A program made the position numbers and the translations under genes. From contig CM060733.1 in the NCBI GenBank assembly GCA_030704615.1, forward strand, positions 74,400,001 to 74,464,000: 64,000 bases of DNA. Reading direction: 5' to 3'. Shown in pieces: positions 1 to 12,800 of this stretch (position 1 is the first letter of the stretch; the number at the start of each line of letters is the position of its first letter). The stretch is from Takakia lepidozioides. Taxonomy: Eukaryota > Plantae > Bryophyta. The notes under the pieces were generated by a model. The model worked only from the letters and a program-made list of their open reading frames with translations. It ran no database searches and was not told the origin of the DNA.

Positions 1-1815
1 CATCATCCCCCAAAATGGAAATACGGCGCCGAATTTCTATCCCGCAGGGGGACTTGAAGGAAATATATATATATATATATATTTGTGTCTATAGTCCTCC
101 CCGCTGGATGGAAACTCGGCGCCGTATTTCCATCCTGGGGGGTCGGATGAAAGCATCGTGAGGGGGGGAAAAAGCCAGGTGGTAGCCGAACGTCATCCCC
201 CAAGATGGAAATATGGCGCCGAATTGCCATCCTGCAGGGAGGACTCGAAGGTGCCAAAAAAAAAAAAACATAAACAATATATATATATTTTTGGGGTCTC
301 TAGTCCTCCCCGCTGGATGGAAATACAGCGCCGAATTTCCATCCTGGGGGGTCGGATGAAAACATCGCGAGGGGGGAAAAGTCAGGTGGTAGCCGAACAT
401 CATCCCCCAAGATGGAAATACGGCGCCGAATTCCCATCTTGGCGATTGGATGAAAGCCTCTCTAGGGGATCGAAAGCCAGATGGCAGCCCAACTTCATCC
501 CTCCCCCGGATGGAAATTCGGTGCCGAATTTCCATCCAGCAAGGTCGAATGGGACAATCCCGGGCAGAGTAAAAGCTAGGTTGCAGATCAATTTCTCTGA
601 TTTTCATCCATTTTCATCATTTTCTTCCCAATTTCATCCATTTGCAGACTTTATCATCCATTTTGATCCATTTGGCCTCCCTTTATCATCCCTACGATGG
701 AAATGCGGTGCCGAATTTCCATCCTGGGGGGTTGGATGAAAGCTTCCCAGGGGAGGGAAAGAGCCAGCTGGCAGTCCAACTCCATCCCCGAGCATGGAAA
801 TTCGGCGCTGAATCTCCATCCTAGGGGTTGGATTAAAAGTTCTCAGGGGGAGAGAAAGCCAGCTCAACTCCATCCTGCAGCATGGAAATTCAGCGATGAA
901 TTTCCATCCTAGGCGGTAGGATGAAAAGTTCTCGGGGGGGGGGGGGGGGGGGGGAGAAAGCCAGTAGGCCGCCCAACTTCATTCCCTCGGATGGAAATTA
1001 GGCGCCGAATTTCCATCCTAGGTGGTTGGATGAAAAGTTATCGGGGGGAAACAACCAACATGAAAGCCCAGTGGTAAGGGCATATACCCTCTTACGAGTG
1101 GTTGTGGGTTCAAACCACCATGTTGGTTGTTACAAAGGTGTCCACCTTCCTACCGGAAGGCAGTAGCCCTTTTGGGTCAAGTGACACCATAAGTTACGCT
1201 TGCTTCGGCAACGCGTCCACCTTTATCGGGGAGAGAGAGCCAGCTGGCGGCTCAACTCCATCCCCCAGCATGGAAATTCGGCGCCGAATTTCCATCCTAG
1301 GCGGTGGGATGAAAAATACAGAGCCAGCTCGCGGCTCAAATTCATCCCCCAAATAGAAATTTGGCGCCGAATTTCCATCCGGGCGGGTGGATGAAAGCTT
1401 GTCGGGGGGAGAGAAAGCCAGCAGGCAGCCCAACTTCATTCCCTCGGATGGAAATTCGGCGCCGAATTTCAGCCAGCTGGCAGCTCAACTTCATCCCCCA
1501 GCATGGAAATTCGGCGCCGAATTTCCCTCCTAGAGGTTGGATGAAAAGTTATCGAGGGGAGAGAGAACCAGGTGGTAGCTCAACTTCATCCCCCAAATGG
1601 AAATTCGGCACCGAATTTCCATCCTAGGTGGTTACATGAAAAGTTTTCAGGTGGAGAGAGAGCCAGCTGGCAACTCAACTTCATCCCCCGGATGGAAATT
1701 CGGTGCCGAATTTCCACCTGGAGCAGTGGATGAAAGCTTCCCGGGGGGAGAGAAAGCCAACAGGCAGCCCAACTTCATTCCCTCGGATGGAAATTCGGCG
1801 CCGAATTTCCATCCT
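1..1815. repeat. Tandem array (~85-100 bp unit, ~17 copies) built around the 30-bp palindrome GGATGGAAATTCGGCGCCGAATTTCCATCC
   Basis: The palindrome or close variants recur from the window start to 1815 (e.g. ~509, ~990, ~1447, ~1690, ~1786). Intervening sequences resemble each other (GGATGAAAAG..GGGGAGAGAAAGCCAGC..CAACTTCATCCC). The overlapping ORFs in the track are repeat artefacts. Confidence 0.9.
1047..1222 (+). mobile_element. tRNA-derived SINE-like insertion (~176 bp)
   Basis: Interrupts the array between direct repeats TTATCGGGG (1038-1046 and 1223-1231). It has an A-box/D-arm GCCC-AGTGGTAA-GGGC, a B-box GGTTCAAACC (1107-1116) and a 13-bp stem AACAACCAACATG/CATGTTGGTTGTT (1050-1062/1119-1131). 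Confidence 0.65.
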
Positions 1816-2719
1816 GCTTTTGAAGTCATAATGCAGGTCTGGGGAAGGCGTATATGCGACTGCATGGCTCCGGACTCTGCGGAACACATGTCAAACATGT
1901 TTGACCACGAATATTGGCATGGCAGATATGACTACCAGTCACGGTCATGGCTACACTAGAATGACGTGTAATATTGCTAGAAAGACATATGACTTCATGA
2001 CTCTCACTCTAATGCATTCTGCCAGATCATCACATGGATGAATCACTACATGACTGCACATGTCAACACATGCTTTTCTGGTTATATATATAATATATGA
2101 GTATTTATATTTTGAAAAAACGGAGACTCTGACCACTAGAATCAATTTAAAAAAAAACAAAATGCAATTTAAAAAAAAAAAAAAAAACACATCGGCTGGT
2201 AAGTGCACAGTGTGTCGCCCTGGTGGTTTCAAACCCGCTGCCTTATCCCGTGTGTGGGATTGTTCGTGACAGTATGTCTGGGCGTTGATCGTCCTGTACG
2301 TCTTATGGCCCATAAATGAAGGCGGGTGAATTTTCCCCCTCCTCAAGGACATGTGGTTTCCTTTAAGAAAAGAAAAAAAAAAAAAAAAATCAAAGAGGGG
2401 CTTTTAGGGTTTACAAAAGGTTAAAAAACTTAAAAAGTTGCCCATCACGGTAGCGTGAACAGACTTAGAGCGAGTGGAGGGAGAGAGAGAGAGGGTTGGG
2501 ACTTAGAGCGAGCGAGCGGGAGAGAGGGCAAACATGCATGGGAGGCCCGCAGTTGGATCAACCTTCGCATTTGGAGCAAGCAACCCTAGAAACGCTACGG
2601 TATGTGTGCGAGGAGGTTTTGGCTGGGAGCCCGCCGTTCTTGGGAGAGTCAGCTTCGTCTTAGCAGGCCGTGTTTCAATCTCTACCCGCTCGGCCCTGAT
2701 TTTACAGCACGGAGCAGAG

Positions 2720-5700
2720 CTGGCATGAGTTTCTAAAAGATCCTTCACGATGGTGGGACAACCGCAATCGCAAGGTGTGGCTTTTTCTTAATGTACGATG
2801 TGAAGAAGTTTGTCCATCCTGCAAATGTGGGTTGTTGGCTCCTGTTAGTACCATGATTTGGTATTCTTCCTGATGTTTACAAGGTCTTGGGAGAGTTAGC
2901 TTGGTCTTAGCAGTCCGTGTTTCAATCTCTGCCCACTCAGCTGCACCGTGGTGGTTCTCACTGACCAATCCGACATTACCTGACTACAGAAACAAGCAAC
3001 ACACTGAAGAGGTCCTCTTGGGTTCATGGTCAGTCAAATCCTCTATGGGCCATGACACAAGGTCGAGGACAATGTGGTGAGGGCACCTTCTTCTTCGACC
3101 TATTTCAGCCTGTTTTGCCCTCTCATCAGACTCGGCCCTTCATTTGCAGCACGGAGCAGAGTTGGCATGAGATTTTTAAAGATCCTTCACGATGGTGCGA
3201 CAACCGCAATGGCAAGGTGTGGCTTTTCCTTAATGTACGATGTGAAGAAGTTTGTCCATCCTGCAAATGTGGGCTGTTGGCTCCTGTTAGTACCATGATT
3301 TGGTATTCTTCCTGATGTTTCAAGGTTCTTGGGAGAGTCAGCTTGGTCTTAGCAGGCCGTGTTTCAATCTCTGCCTGCTCATCTGCACCGTGCTGGTTCT
3401 CACAGACCAATCCGACATTACCTGACTACAAGACACAAGCAGCACACACAAGAGGTCCTTTTGGGTTGATGGTCGGTCAAATCCTCTATGGGTTCTTCTT
3501 CGACCTATTTCAGCCTGTTTTGCCCTCTCATCAGACTCGGCCTTGAGATGCATATTGAATTATGTAAGTTAGCTTGTTGCTCATTGATAAGTAGGGTTGG
3601 GGGTGTTTGCTGGAATGATTGTTGTATGCATGATTTTGTGCAGAGGCATAGATAGCTGAAGGAGCAGGGATAGAGTGTGGAAGAGGGCCAGATTTCAAGC
3701 TCCATATTATCTATGATTCCCTGTGGAAGGATAGATACAAGAAACCTGCATGGGTAGATGGTCAATTGGAAGCCGCAGCAGCGGCAGCACAATTGATACA
3801 ATCAAGCACTGCTAATGAAGGCACCTTCTGAAACACATTTCACCCTATTTTCCCCTCTTATCAGAATCGGCCCTAAATTTTCATGTTCAATTCTGCAAGT
3901 TAGCTGGTTGAGTGAATCTAGTTGGAGTGACTTTGACATGATACTGCCAATGTGACAAGAGTATGCATTGAACCCATTGGTAGCGGGATATTGGGATATC
4001 TCTTGGCCATGTGCCATCGTCAAAGCTGAAACTGTACTAGTTGTCATTCTGACCACTGCCCTAGTGGACATGTATGCCAATGTGGTGCAGCAACCCTGAT
4101 GCAAAGGGAGAGTTCGACAACATGGCTAAATGAGATGTGGTGTTGTGGACTGCCATGATTGTAAGGTGTGTGTAGCATAGGTGTGGGAGTAAGGCTTTGG
4201 AAACTAAGAACAAATGATGTGGGAAAGGATGAAGCCAAACCAGGTCATGTTCATTTGTGTTTGTTAATATGCATATGCGAGCCTAGCAGCCCTGGGAAGG
4301 GGCCAAGAGGTTCATGGTGACATCATCAAAGCTGGAATTGTACCTGATGTCATTCTGAACATTCCCCTGGTGTACATGTATGTCAAATGCGAGCCTGGTA
4401 GCCCTGGAAAGGACGCAAAGGTCCATTATCAAATCTGGAATTGTACCACTAGATGTCACTCTAAACACTGCCTTGGTGGATATGTATGTCAAATGCACGC
4501 CTGGCAGCCCTGAAAAAGGGTACAGAGGTCCACGGTGATATTGTCAAAGCTGGTATTGTATTTGATGTGATTCTGAACGTTGCCGTAGTGGACATGTATG
4601 CCAAGGTTGCAGGGTGCAACTACAAGGATACATGGTTGTTTTGATAATATGGCTGAATGAGATGTGGTACCAGCCTAGCCCATAATTGCACTTACCTAGA
4701 GTAGGCAATGAGTGAAGACGGGGTTTGTGATGTTGATCGTCCAAGCTGGAATTAAACAAATGTTGTCTGAACTATGCCCTTGTGGACTTGTATGCCAAAT
4801 TGGGGTGCATGGAGGATGATGATCCCAGGATATGCACAACAGCGGCACGGGATGGAGGCCCTTTGGAGAGGTCTATGAGCAAGTGGTGTGGGAAGGGATA
4901 CTGCAGCGCAACCACATCGCGTTTGTTACATTTGCAACATGTGTGCAAGCCTGGTAGCCCTGCAAAATAGCAAAGAGGTTCGTGGTGGAATTGTACTAGA
5001 TGTCGATCTGAACTTTGACATGATGCCAATGTGACAACAGGAAAGTATCCAGAAACAGGTCACAGAGACGAGGAGAAGTTGTGGAATGGTGGGACAACCG
5101 AGGGAAAAGGTTAATGCCTGTTAGATTATAGAGGGCAGACGCAATTCAGCATAGGAACTAGTGTGATAAGCTGAGTTGGGTGTTTCCTAGAACAAATGTA
5201 GGCTGTCATTATCAGCTGCAAGGCAAGGAAGTATGCATGATTTGTGCAGAAGCAGTGATAGCTGAAAGAGCAGGGATAGAGTATGGGTCCAGATTCATCC
5301 AAGAGGGCCAGATTTCAAGCACATGATTACCTATGATTACCTGTGGATTTAGCTATAAGAAACCTGCATGGGTAGATGGTGAACTGGAAGCCGCAGGAGT
5401 AGCGGCACAATTGATAAATCAAGCACTGCTAATAAAGACACCTTCTTCAACACATTTCACCCTGTTTTTCCCTCTTATCAGAACCGGCCCTAAATTTCAA
5501 TGTCTGCAAGTTAGCTGGTTGAGTGAATCTAGTTTGGAGTGACTTTGACATGATATTGCCAATGTGACAACAGGAAAGTATCGAAAAACAGTTAACGGAG
5601 ATGAGGGGAAGCTGTGGAATGAATACTTTTCTGACCCCAGTCAATGGTGGGACAACCGAGGCAAAAAGTAAATGCCTGTTGGATTACAGAGAGTAACAGA

Positions 5701-5950
5701 TGCAATTGAGAATAAGAACTAGTGTGGTAAGTTGAGTTGGGTGTTTGCTGGAACAAATGTAGGCTGTCATTGTCAGCTGCTAACAGCAATGCAAGGATAT
5801 ATGCATGATCTATGCAGAGGCATGGATAGCTGAAGGAGCAGGGATAGAGTGTGGGTCCAGATCATCCAAGAAAGCCGAATTTCAAGCTCCAGATTACCTA
5901 TGATTCCCTGTGGAAGGATAGCTACAAGAAACCTGCATGGGTAGATGGTA
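2720..5950 (+). pseudogene. Captured, repeated exon/intron fragments encoding OSB-type (organellar ssDNA-binding) PDF motifs
   Basis: WHEFLKDPSRWWDNRNRK|gt (~2722-2773), KLWNEYFSDPSQWWDNRGKK (5609-5668) and ag|IHPRGPDFKHMITYDYLW..KKPAWVDG (from 5293) match the W..FF..P..WWDNR..K / PDFKHK....LW motif of plant OSB proteins. The fragments contain stops and frameshifts. Confidence 0.75.
4010..4990 (+). pseudogene. Captured PLS-class PPR fragments in CACTA copy A
   Basis: Degenerate repeats such as GQEVHGDIIKAGIVPDVILN..LV.MY.KC and ALVDLYAKLGCMEDD, with frameshifts. Confidence 0.8.
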
Positions 5951-7899
5951 GATAGTTTGGAGTGACTTTGATATGATACTGCCAAAGTGACAATAAAAAA
6001 GTATCCATAAACAGGTAACAGTAGCAGATGCAATTCAGCACAGGCACTAAGGCAAACTCTCCTTCCCCGCAAGGGTGTGTTTTGGTATCTGAGCGAATAA
6101 ATATTTTATCTAAGAATATAATTTCAAAAATTCGTTATTTAATAATGTGCCACTGTCCCATGTTGGTCAGTAATAATAATTATAATAACAAATAATTAAA
6201 ATAATTATTTTAGTAATTATAATAATAATAAAGTAAATCTACAACCCCCAACAGCGACGCGTGTCAATTGACATGAGGAACCACGTGTCAAAATCACGAT
6301 GCGACACATGCTGACGTCTGATTCCCTCCTCTGCAGTCGGATGGCGTCGCAGTCTGACACGTGACGTGTTCTGTAGAGAGCACGTGTCTCTATTACACAA
6401 CGGCTGACATGGACCCGTTCAGTCATTCAGTAATGCCAGCGTGTATGACTACCCCCACAGCTGCTCTGGCGCCACGTGACAGCCAGCCTGGAGAGTCATA
6501 TCTGCCTTGTCACAACTGACTAGGTCTTTACGTCTGCAGAGTCAGGAAGTCGTAAATGGCTTCCATGACTGCATTTGCAGTCATGACACAGAGACGTAAA
6601 AGCCGCAATTTGTTGTAGTGAAGCGAGTAGTTGCATTGTAAGTTGCCTCCTGATTTTGTGAGGCACCTCCCTTCGCTCTCTTATTTCATTGAAAGACCCT
6701 TTAGAACTGCATTATGCTGGTATTGGCATTCTTGAAGTGGATTTGTTCTTACTGTAGGATGCCAAGTACTGCAGGAGGGACGACTTCACCGCAGTTCATT
6801 GGCAAAAGGAACGTGCCATTTTTTGCCAGGGGAGATTTCTTGCGGAGTCCTCAAAGGGACTACATCCTTCCTTCTTATGATGTCCGGCTTGTTACGGTGT
6901 CCATTAGGAGGGGTGTGTACTTTGCATAAGCGGTGAGCATGAGCATGAGCAGAATTAAGCATGAGCAGCCGAATATCCAGAGAATATTCCTCTATATTTG
7001 GATTTCCAACCGCAATTCCGACAGCATTTGAGGTTGAAAAAGGGCAGGAGCACCATCAGTAAGTGCAACATTCCGTAGGTTCGGTTACTCAAAATTAGGT
7101 TCGGTAGTTGCCGAACCTATGTAATCGTTGTCGATTACAGACTCTGGGCCGAGAGGTCTGGGGGCAAATACCTGCGAGAATAGGGGCACGGTAGAAAGTC
7201 CGCGGGAATAGGTACACTATAAAAAAATTCTATAAAAAATAATGGAAGGCATGAAGTGTAGTTAGTATGAGCAGGTAATTCAAATGTGTGAGATTGCATA
7301 TTGTTAATTAATAAAAATGGCGGGAATGAGATTTGAGCCCTGAATCAGCACTGTAACATGTAGGCACCCTTGTTTATGGCATGCACAGGAAGTTGAACTC
7401 GAGACCTAAAGAGAACGAAACTGATCATGCAGAGGATGTCATCCATTACAAATATAGACAAAAGATTCTTCTGGCACATCCCACGATGATATTGGAAGTG
7501 CAAACGGCTAAAAGCAAAATAGAAGGAAAAAATATCGGCCAGGTGGAAGGTGGACGGTGGCATGGTAGGTATAGCGGCGTTAAAAAACTTATTTTGAAAC
7601 AACCGAAAGCTCCAAAATAATATATGATATGTTGTTCGACACCTACCAGGTTTCGTCTCGAGCGAAAGCGACAAAGCGTACATGGCTACTTGTAGTCTGC
7701 ACCGACTACAAGCACATTGCTCTCTGCCACTTTCCCTTTCAACAGCAGGGCTGCTGTTCAACACCTACTTCCTTTTGTCAAAGACAGCAGCTTTTTCGGC
7801 TGGCTGTCACTTGTAGTCTGCAACGACTACAAGCACACTGTTTGGGGTCACTTTCTATACCAATTAGTTGTGTTTCTGGATAGTCCGTTCTTAGATAAG

Positions 7900-8421
7900 A
7901 TGGACCCGAGTTCCAATGCAGGCGCAAGCAGTAGTGGTGTCAGTGGAAATGGGGAGGACAGGCCTGCATCGACTTCATGGTGGGCTCCTTTTACGGACGA
8001 TGTCGCCGAGTGCCTTGCCAAGCACGAAAATGATGAGGCAATGGTGGTTCAGCAGACCGTCAATGGGAACGGCCCTTCAGCAGGGGACTCCACTGCGGAT
8101 TCTGACGACGACGACGATGATGATGAAGATGAGCACATGGACATTAATGGGGAAGGTGAGGAGATGGAGATACATGAAGAGGATGACTTGTGATGGACAG
8201 GGGCAAGCATGGAAATCATTGAAATGCATTCAATGGAGTTTGTTATCGTAGGAGATACATGTCCAGCAACAAAAGAACGATGCACTGTTTGCCAAGACTG
8301 TCCAGTAGAGGGCGAGTCAGTCCGTATTATCAGTGGGTGCGGCCATTCCTTTCACTCTATATGCATTGAAGGGTGGCTGCTTCGAAACGGGTCATGCCCT
8401 GTTTGCCGCAATAGGATTTGA
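7900..8421 (+). pseudogene. Acidic N-terminus plus RING-H2 (C3H2C3) E3-ligase-like cargo gene, with one in-frame stop
   Basis: ATG at 7900, then a D/E tract, TGA at 8191-8193, and in the same frame CTVCQDC..CGHSFHSICIEGWLLRNGSCPVCR. Confidence 0.8.
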
Positions 8422-8619
8422 GACATTGTAGTCACTGCAGAAAGAAAACTTATATGTACGTCATGACATAGAAGTGGATAAAGGAGACAATGATCATTGA
8501 GGTCGGCAACGACCATCAAGAATAAAAAGAAATTGTACCTCTTTGACGTTTTGTACTTTGGCTACTATTTTAAATTTTTTGAATGGAGTGTTGTGCTTAA
8601 ACTGTTTTGTTCAGCCCAT

Positions 8620-9750
8620 GTCTTGTAGTTAGCACAGACTACAAGAATTACGTGAAAGAAGATGGATATGGAGTCATATTTGATTGCAAAAAAATGGTAG
8701 TTGGAAAATGAGCTAATCTGAGCAAAGAGTTGGAGTTAATAATTTACCCAAATGGTCATACACTTTATAGTCCGCACAGACTACAAGCATTAAGTGAAAG
8801 AAGATGGATAGGGAGTCATATTTGATTTCAAAAAAGTGGTGGTTGAAAAATGAGCTCATCTGAGCACTGAGTTGGAGTTAATAATTTATCCGAATGGTCA
8901 TACACTATATAGTCGGCATAGACTATAAGAATTAAGTGAAAGAAGATGGATATGGAGTCAAATTTGATTGCAAAAAAGTGGTGGTTGAAAAACGAGCTTA
9001 TCTGAGCAAAGAGTTGGAGTTAATATCCAAATGATCATACATTTTATAGTCGGCACAGACTATAAGAATTAAGTGAAAGAAGATGAATATGGAGTCATAT
9101 TTTGATTTCAAAAAAGTGGTGGTTGAAAAATGAGCTCATCTGAGCAAGAGCTGGAGTTAATAATTTATCCGAATGGTCATACATTTTATAATCGGCACAG
9201 ACTATAAGAATTATGTGAAAGAAGATGGATATGAAGTCATATTTGATTGCAAAAAAGTGGTGGTTGAAAAACGAGCTCATCTGATCAAAGAGTTAGAGTT
9301 AATAATTTATCCAAATGGTCATACACTTTATAGTCGGCACAGACTATAAGAATTAAGTGGAAAAAGATGGATATGGAGTCATTTGATTGCAAAAAAGTGG
9401 TAGTTGAAAAAGCTCATCTGAGCAAGAGTTGGAGTTAACTAATTTATCCAAATGGTCTTACACTTTATAGTCGGCACAGACTACAAGAATTAAGTCAAAG
9501 AAGATGGATATGGAGTCATATTTGATTGCAAAAAAATGGTAGTTGAAAAATGGGCTCATCTGAGCAAAGAGATGGAGTTAACTAATTCATCCAAATGGTC
9601 ATACACTTTGTAGTCGGCACAGACTATGAATATTTCAAGCAAGTCCATGTTTCCAAACCTGTTAAAAGAAGACCTTATCCGTGGAAAGAGTTGGAGTTCA
9701 CAAGATAATCCAAGTTGTCACGCACTTTGTAGTCGGCACAGACTACAAGG
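8620..9750. repeat. Tandem repeat of ~141 bp, about 8 copies, with one TAGTCGGCACAGACTA site per unit
   Basis: The motif recurs at 8626, 8768, 8910, 9047, 9189, 9331, 9468, 9611 and 9730 with conserved sequence in between. The array lies between the convergent 3' ends of the RING and transposase genes. Confidence 0.93.
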
Positions 9751-9802
9751 ATTCCAAACATGCAAGATATCCACTGCGGCTCTATGGGACAAGGATCACG
9801 AA

Positions 9803-12800
9803 CTAACATACAGGGACTTCAGATACTGCCAGAGTTGCGTGATCGATGACCTCCTGGTCTTCCCGCATCTTCAAACGTCGTAGCATAATATAGTATAAGT
9901 GCTTGCAGTGGGTGTAGGGTTCTTTTGTTTTTTTCATTTTGTCAAAATCAGGGCATGTGCACTCCGGACTTCTAGAGATGCAAACATTGTACACCTCCCC
10001 TGCTTTTGCTGATCCCGGTGTGCACAGTGTGTACACACGTCCAATTCCCGGGCGAGGAACATCCTTGAATGATTGCACCGTGGCCTGCAAAGACTGAGCT
10101 AACTTCATCTTCTTACGAGCGATTGCTGACCGTTTCTTCCGCCGGTATACTCTGTCCCACTTTTTTGTCGCGTACGAGTCCGGATCCAGATTATTGATAT
10201 CTTCCGCAACACAGTCCCATTCACCTTGGGAATTACCCACGTCATCTGGGGGAACAAGTCGAAAGCCTGTTTTTGTGAAAGAGTCCACCTCTGCCTGACT
10301 TAGGTTCGTCCCAACCATCACAGGCCAAACGTCCGGAATATCAGGTCTGTCCAGCACATACTGGCTCAAATCGCCACCGACACAGTAGACGATGTCTGTT
10401 GGGCAGTGCCAAATCTCCATCATCTTCGGCTTCACCAGGGCAGGAGGGTGGTGCCGACCAACAAACCTCGGAGCCGGAATTCCCAAACTCTGGAGTGGCC
10501 TGATTTCCTGTTTGCATGGCTTCCCACTATCAGAGCGCACAGCCCAGCACTTCACCCGTGATGTGTTAGAAGTTCGTGCTATGTGCCAGCATGTCGTGGA
10601 CACACCCGACTCCAAAACTGGCTTTTTGTTCTGAACTGGAAGATCATTCTCCAAAGTCTCCACGGACATGTCAGTAGTGCATGTGGACACTCTTGGTCCA
10701 CCAGCACCTTCACGACGCCTCGGTGTAGTTCAGAGGTTTAAGTCAGACCTCCAGGAGTGAAGGGGTTCCTCTTCGTGTAAGTTGCCGAGAACAATCTTCC
10801 GTTTTGTTGTGCGAGTTAGGAGATCACCCTCCAGCCCTGGATTTCGTCCATGAAGCTCAGTGCCATCTACGAAAGACCTGACCGCTTCTGCCATTTTTGC
10901 TGGATCAGACAATCGCGATGCAACACGAGCTAGCAGTTGTGCCCGGTCGGGTCCGGAACCCTTTGCTCCACCCTTTAGATAACTGTGGTAGTCACACGAT
11001 TGCATAATTGCCCTCGTCAAGTCGTTCCTGGTAGCTGTGTAGAGGTCGACCTTTGATACACCGCTCCCGGCCTGCCAGCTCGCATGCACGGCCTCGGACA
11101 TGTTCACATTTGGCATTGCAGCGTTCTCTTCTAGCTCCAGATCCTGCAGTACACATGTACAAGTCAGCATTGAAAGCATAGTCGGTGCAGACTATTAGAC
11201 AGCACAGTCAGTGGAGGACCAATTTGTAGGACATAACCGCATAGTCGTCGCCGACCACAAGTCCGACAGGATCCGACATCCGACAACATTGCGCTGGTAA
11301 CGCTAAAGTCGGTGCAGACTACAGGCACCATAGACAGTGCTGGACCATTTACATAATACAGACTATACGATAATGTCATAATCAGAAGGATTTGTACTAA
11401 AAACAAAGACGAATCTCATATTGTCTAACAAGCAGACGGTAGGAACGTAGTCGGTACAGACTGACACGTTCAGTAAATACTGTACTGCGTGTACGTCCCT
11501 TAGATAGTCGCTACCGACTATATGAGTAGTCTCATAAAAAGACACCCATGTTTCAGTAACCGACCCAGAAACATAGCAGATCCAAGCCATAGTCGCTACA
11601 GACTATTAGTACAGGCCAACTGCATGAACCGCTTTACGTTCCCGGTGGCATAGTCGTTACCGACTATGCCCCTTATTTTTTTTATCCTCACATGTGACCA
11701 AACCAATATAACACGTACGGAATTACCTGTCTGTGAAAAAATATCAATCCCATATAGTCGTTGCAGACTATACGGTACTAATACCCCGTGGGTTCAAATG
11801 TTATGCAGTGAAAGGACCATGTACGGATGGCGGGTGCAATAGTCGTTGCAGACTATATGGTTTAACTTCATATCATGTCAGTTTGGCATATTCGGGAATG
11901 TATAAAAGCGTCGAGCGGAAATCGTTCTTTTTAAACTTATGACGTGCTCATGTGAGCGGAGGATCATGCGCGTAACGCACTTGGTAGAAATATAGCCTAA
12001 CAAATGCATCACGTTCCAGAGATGTAATGCTCTGGTCGGTGCCGACTAAGACATTACGTTCGCTCACGTGAGCGGCATCACCGAAGTGCATATACAGTGT
12101 TTGTAGAAACTGAAGACTTACATTGCGAACATATGCTCCCAATTGGTAGTATTGGTATGTCCACCACGACAGCCAGCTTTCCAGCGCAGGAACGTCATCG
12201 TCTCGCACGGCACCGGAGGAGGACCACCAGGCACGGATCGCCACAAACGAAACCTCTGCTTCCGCCTCAGAACTTGCTGCTCTCCATTTCGTACACAACT
12301 GTATATGTGTCTTTTGAAGGTCCTGCAATATATTTTTTTTTGTCCATTTGTCCAGGCTTTGGCCCCAATGGAAGCCACATGTCCTTTCTCGATCGGGCAT
12401 AGGTTCCCCTCCGCCATACACCATACGCACAGCAGCCCAGTTGGCATTTGCATTGTCGGCCATGAATCCTCGGAATTGTGGTTGGCCCTTCCCTGCTCTT
12501 CGCATTTGATCGTTGATGCACTCCCACATAATCACTTGTGATGCTGTATCCTCCGATTTCATTTCACAGATTGCGATTGTCATAATCTTGCGGTAATTTG
12601 AATGGTACACGTGACATGCCATTTGTGCTCCAACCGTGTATTCGTTTGACGTTGTCAAACATAATCCAACTCGACCCCAGCTCACCACCGACCCGCATCA
12701 TGTCCACCAAATGGACTCCACAGCCTTTACCAACAGTTGACATCTTGAAGACAAAGGATCTCTCGTCCACACTCCCTTGACCTGGAAAACGGCTGCCCTG

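Larger units (their letters stand above)
1816..6620 (-). mobile_element. Non-autonomous CACTA (En/Spm) element, copy A; one end truncated by the palindrome array
   Basis: Ends in TAAAAGCCGCAATTTGTTGTAGTG at 6620 and has ATGACT/AGTCAT subterminal repeats. Both ends align in reverse complement with the complete copy at 19353-24095. About 90 bp of the other terminus is missing at the junction with the array. Confidence 0.88.

Noticed and set aside
1050-1131. Functional tRNA gene
   Set aside because: No convincing anticodon stem, an extended acceptor-like stem, and it sits inside an insertion with a target duplication.
1-1815. CRISPR array
   Set aside because: The sequences between palindromes are homologous to each other rather than unique, there are no cas genes, and the context is eukaryotic.
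3-1959. Overlapping ORFs with MEIRRRISI / WKFGAEFPS / GNSAPNFHP repeats
   Set aside because: They are translations of the palindromic array in all frames on both strands.
11144-12121. CRISPR-like repeat/spacer pattern of 16-bp palindromes
   Set aside because: The repeats are too short, have variable cores and irregular spacing, and lie within a GT-AG intron; they are better read as binding sites.
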